64,000 nucleotides of DNA from the NCBI GenBank assembly GCA_950097015.1, contig CATNEN010000038.1, positions 23,870,001 to 23,934,000 of the forward strand. The letters run 5' to 3'. Of this stretch, positions 60,704 to 64,000 are shown in pieces (the stretch's first letter is position 1; every line of letters starts with the position of its first letter). Position numbers and translations under genes: made by a program. Origin of the DNA: Macrostomum hystrix (Eukaryota; Animalia; Platyhelminthes). The notes beneath the pieces are model-generated. The model did not search any database, was not told the DNA's origin, and was given only the letters and a program-made list of their open reading frames with translations.

Positions 60704-63700
60704 CCTTACTATGAAAATATATGAAAAATACTGCTAATTTCACACTATTTTGGTTTAGTTTTTGACACTAAAATTGTTGCTTTTAACAACAGTTTCTGTG
60801 CTTACTAATGTTATTACTAAAATTCTTGATAAGACTTAGCTTGTGCAGTCAAATGTGATTATATGTCTTAAAGTAAGAGTAAGTTCAATGAAAAAACTTT
60901 TGATTTTGCTTTAAATCAACAAAATTTAAATAGAACTAAAAAATTCCATACTTAAGCTATTTTGTATAAGTAAAGTGTATAATGAATTGAAGTTTGCTGT
61001 CATATAAAATGCATAATAAATCTGTAATAAGTTATCAACTTGGAACTCTGTTATACTTGTATATTTGTTTTCTTTGACATTTTGATTCATATAATCTCTT
61101 CTTTGTGTTGGAAATAGATTTTCCTATTTCAGTTATTTTAATTGTTCCTTAACCTAAATGAGAACACAATAAAAACCAATTAATAGGTTAAAATAAATAT
61201 TTCAAACATTTATGTTATTGTAGTGCAACAGTTGGTGTTGTCAATTAGTTTATTTATTAGTATCTAGTTTTCGTTCGTTAATTTTGTCAAAATGGATTAA
61301 AAAGAAAGTGCTGTACACTATATGCTACTTTGCGACCTGATTCCTTAGTAGTATCATATAGCTACCATTGCTGAATTTGCCTATTTAGATTATTCACATT
61401 TAGATAATTGTTGATTATTAACCACTGTCGATTTTCGTTTAATACGAGCGTAATATCTATAAATATTTTAATGATCCGTGTTCTAATCAATAAACTTATA
61501 TAATGCATATAAAATTTAATTTGCCATTGTGTAATTTCTTTTTTGTTCAAATCGCATTGTTAAAACTAAAATGTACATTTTTGAAAAGACTAATTTAGTT
61601 AATTGATTCTCAAGAATGGTTCAGGGATGGATAATACTAAGGACATATGAGATGAGACTGATGAGACTGAGACTGATGTCCGCCTTCCTTCTGCTTAACG
61701 CTCATTAAAGCGTAACCGGCTTCCAAGCGATAGAAAGGGGAGAACTGGGCCTCATCCCCCGTACTACTCCACCTCTGATGGCAATGGTAGCTTTGGGTGT
61801 GACTGAGAGATAATACTCCGGGAGAGATGAGGAGAATGACACCGGGGAGGATAAGACAAGAGGGATGGGATATGTGATTGCATTGCTGAAGAAGTGATGC
61901 GTTACATTCAGTTAAATAAAAAATAAATAAGAAGCCTTTTGATAAGGCAATCAACACGCGCAACTTGATATGATTTAATGGACAACAATGCATAAATACC
62001 AATACCTGAACGGACACTCAGTAGATAAAATAATTTATTTAGAGATAAAAATTTAGTTCTCTTTTAACTGACCCTTGCGTACATTAAATTAGGCTACAGA
62101 GAGACAACGGAAAAGAGTAATGTCCTGCAACCAGTCTTTAACAAAGTTGATTATTCAAAGCGGACTATAACAAACAGGGTTTACGTATCACATGACAATT
62201 AATAAAAATTTTAAGCAAAGCCTGTGCAAAAGTGTCGATGTTGACTGAATGGAAAATAACAATAACAATATACGAGTACATTGAAAATACTAGACAATTT
62301 AGTTTTCTAAATTTAGGCCATAGACACTGCAAGATTAGAAAATGTAAACACAACTAACCTATTAAGAAATAAACACAAGGAATGGTGGGCTGACGATATT
62401 AAACATCAATTTGTTTCGTCTTTATAATATTCTTTGGAATAATAGCGATTGAGATACATCAAACAATGCGTGTATACTATCCTATACACACCTGTGTACA
62501 TGCAGCTGTTCAGTCCATGGACGGCAAATCTCGACCCAAATTTGTATCCCAACTAGTGCTGGTACCTATTTTACAGCAAGGAGAATGTTTATAAACAAAT
62601 ACCTAAGGTATTCTATCTTATTGGAGGAAGAAATTATTGCGATAAATAGGCGTAAAACTTAATGACTTCAATTCAACCTTTAGTCTCAAGTCGCACATTC
62701 ATTAATCGACTGACATTATACATACTACTGTTTAGTAGTAGGTGTAGAAACTTACTTATGAAACTTTACGAAACTTAAGATGCTGCTTATGTTGTGCAGG
62801 AGTAATTAAAAAAAGAGAGTAGCTTTTATGCATACATTAAACCCCCACTTTTATATATATAAGTATATATATATATACATATTTGCTTTAATGTTCTAGT
62901 ATTTCGTGCAGTAAGACCTGAAGCACACGACAAAAAAGTAAATATATACTAAAAAATTGTACATGTACAATAAAGTGAACATCTATTAGTCGTTTAAAAG
63001 CACAACAAAAAAGACCAGTTGACTATGATATAATATAGTCTATTGGACTTGACATAAAATAGCAAAAAAACTTAGCAAACTAAAAGAATCACAAAACTAT
63101 ATTATGAACATTCTGACTAGATAATAACTGACTTCTTTTGCACTATTGATGACTGCAATGCCGTAGTGACAAAAAGGTTCGTTAAACGAATTTCGGTGGC
63201 GCACAATTACAGAATGTGTGGGTTTTTATTTTTTGGATAATAATATTTCTGCTAGAAACATACGAGCTAAAACAAGCCTTTAGTAAAGCATGATGTCTAA
63301 AAATATGGTAAAATATGATTAAAATTAAAATAGGTCTTATTACACGTTAACGACTACTATATATGTTTGAGGTAACAAAACCACACGGAAGAAAACAACA
63401 AATAAATAGATTTGGAAACAAAAATCTACAAAATTCAACATCAGAATGTTTGTTACCACAATCAGCCTACATAAAAAATACTCAAAATAATAGACTCCTC
63501 GCGTATTTTAAAAACAGACTTTTGAAAACACATTTAAGTATACTTATTAGGACACAATAAAAGTCCTATTCTTTGATATTAGCAATTTCAAAGCTTAATA
63601 ACATAAGCAGGAAAAAGCTATCAAAAGCAAAGCAAAGCTCGATGAGACATAAAAAAATAAATCAATCGTCTAAATTCTTGTTCTCTCAACGTGAAGGAAT

Positions 63701-64000
63701 CTTTCAATAAAGTACGTTTTCTTTTTTAATTTTAACTTACTAAAAAGTGTAACTCAACAAATTTCCGGCGAAGGAGTTTCTCAAATGTAGTTCAACACTT
63801 AAAACAAAATCTAAAAACTCTATTAAAAACGACATTATTAAACTCAGCTGTGAAAGATTCACAGCCGCTTCTATATGACAGTCTATATGGACTTAATTTC
63901 ACCCCAGCTAATGCTGATACTGCATGTATATACATATTTTACAGTTGATCGAGTAAACTGAAGCATTATAAAGTATCTGGCTTAAGGACAGATGCCTGTC

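Overview
This window is eukaryotic (metazoan) genomic DNA, not prokaryotic. GC-rich exons, polyQ tracts, minisatellite-filled introns and 5'-ATG-less first exons fit a free-living flatworm such as Macrostomum, but that assignment is my inference. I assembled six spliced genes by hand from GT-AG sites and reading phase: a KIAA1549/UPF0606-like single-pass membrane protein (+, 5'-truncated, 30-14568), a nicotinic acetylcholine receptor alpha subunit (-, 16403-26289), an MTERF4-like protein (-, 30610-31702), mitochondrial alanyl-tRNA synthetase (-, 33754-40304), BAG6 (+, 48275-55519) and V-ATPase subunit e (+, 57299-60703). Mobile DNA comprises a decayed PHD-FLYWCH-MULE transposon nested in a MITE, a related 488-bp MITE nested in a Merlin transposase fossil, a hAT-type MITE, a hAT-like transposase fragment, two tRNA-derived SINE families and more than 25 minisatellite arrays. 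Most long ORFs in the supplied track are satellite artefacts. Three leads stand out. (1) Two tandem mitochondrial genes have first coding exons that begin in phase 0 at an AG with no ATG, as expected if a flatworm spliced leader supplies the AUG, possibly in an operon. (2) A tRNA-headed SINE has hairpins with three independent compensatory base-pair changes and incomplete ribozyme-like motifs. (3) Localized CpG-depleted domains carry CpG-decay lesions.
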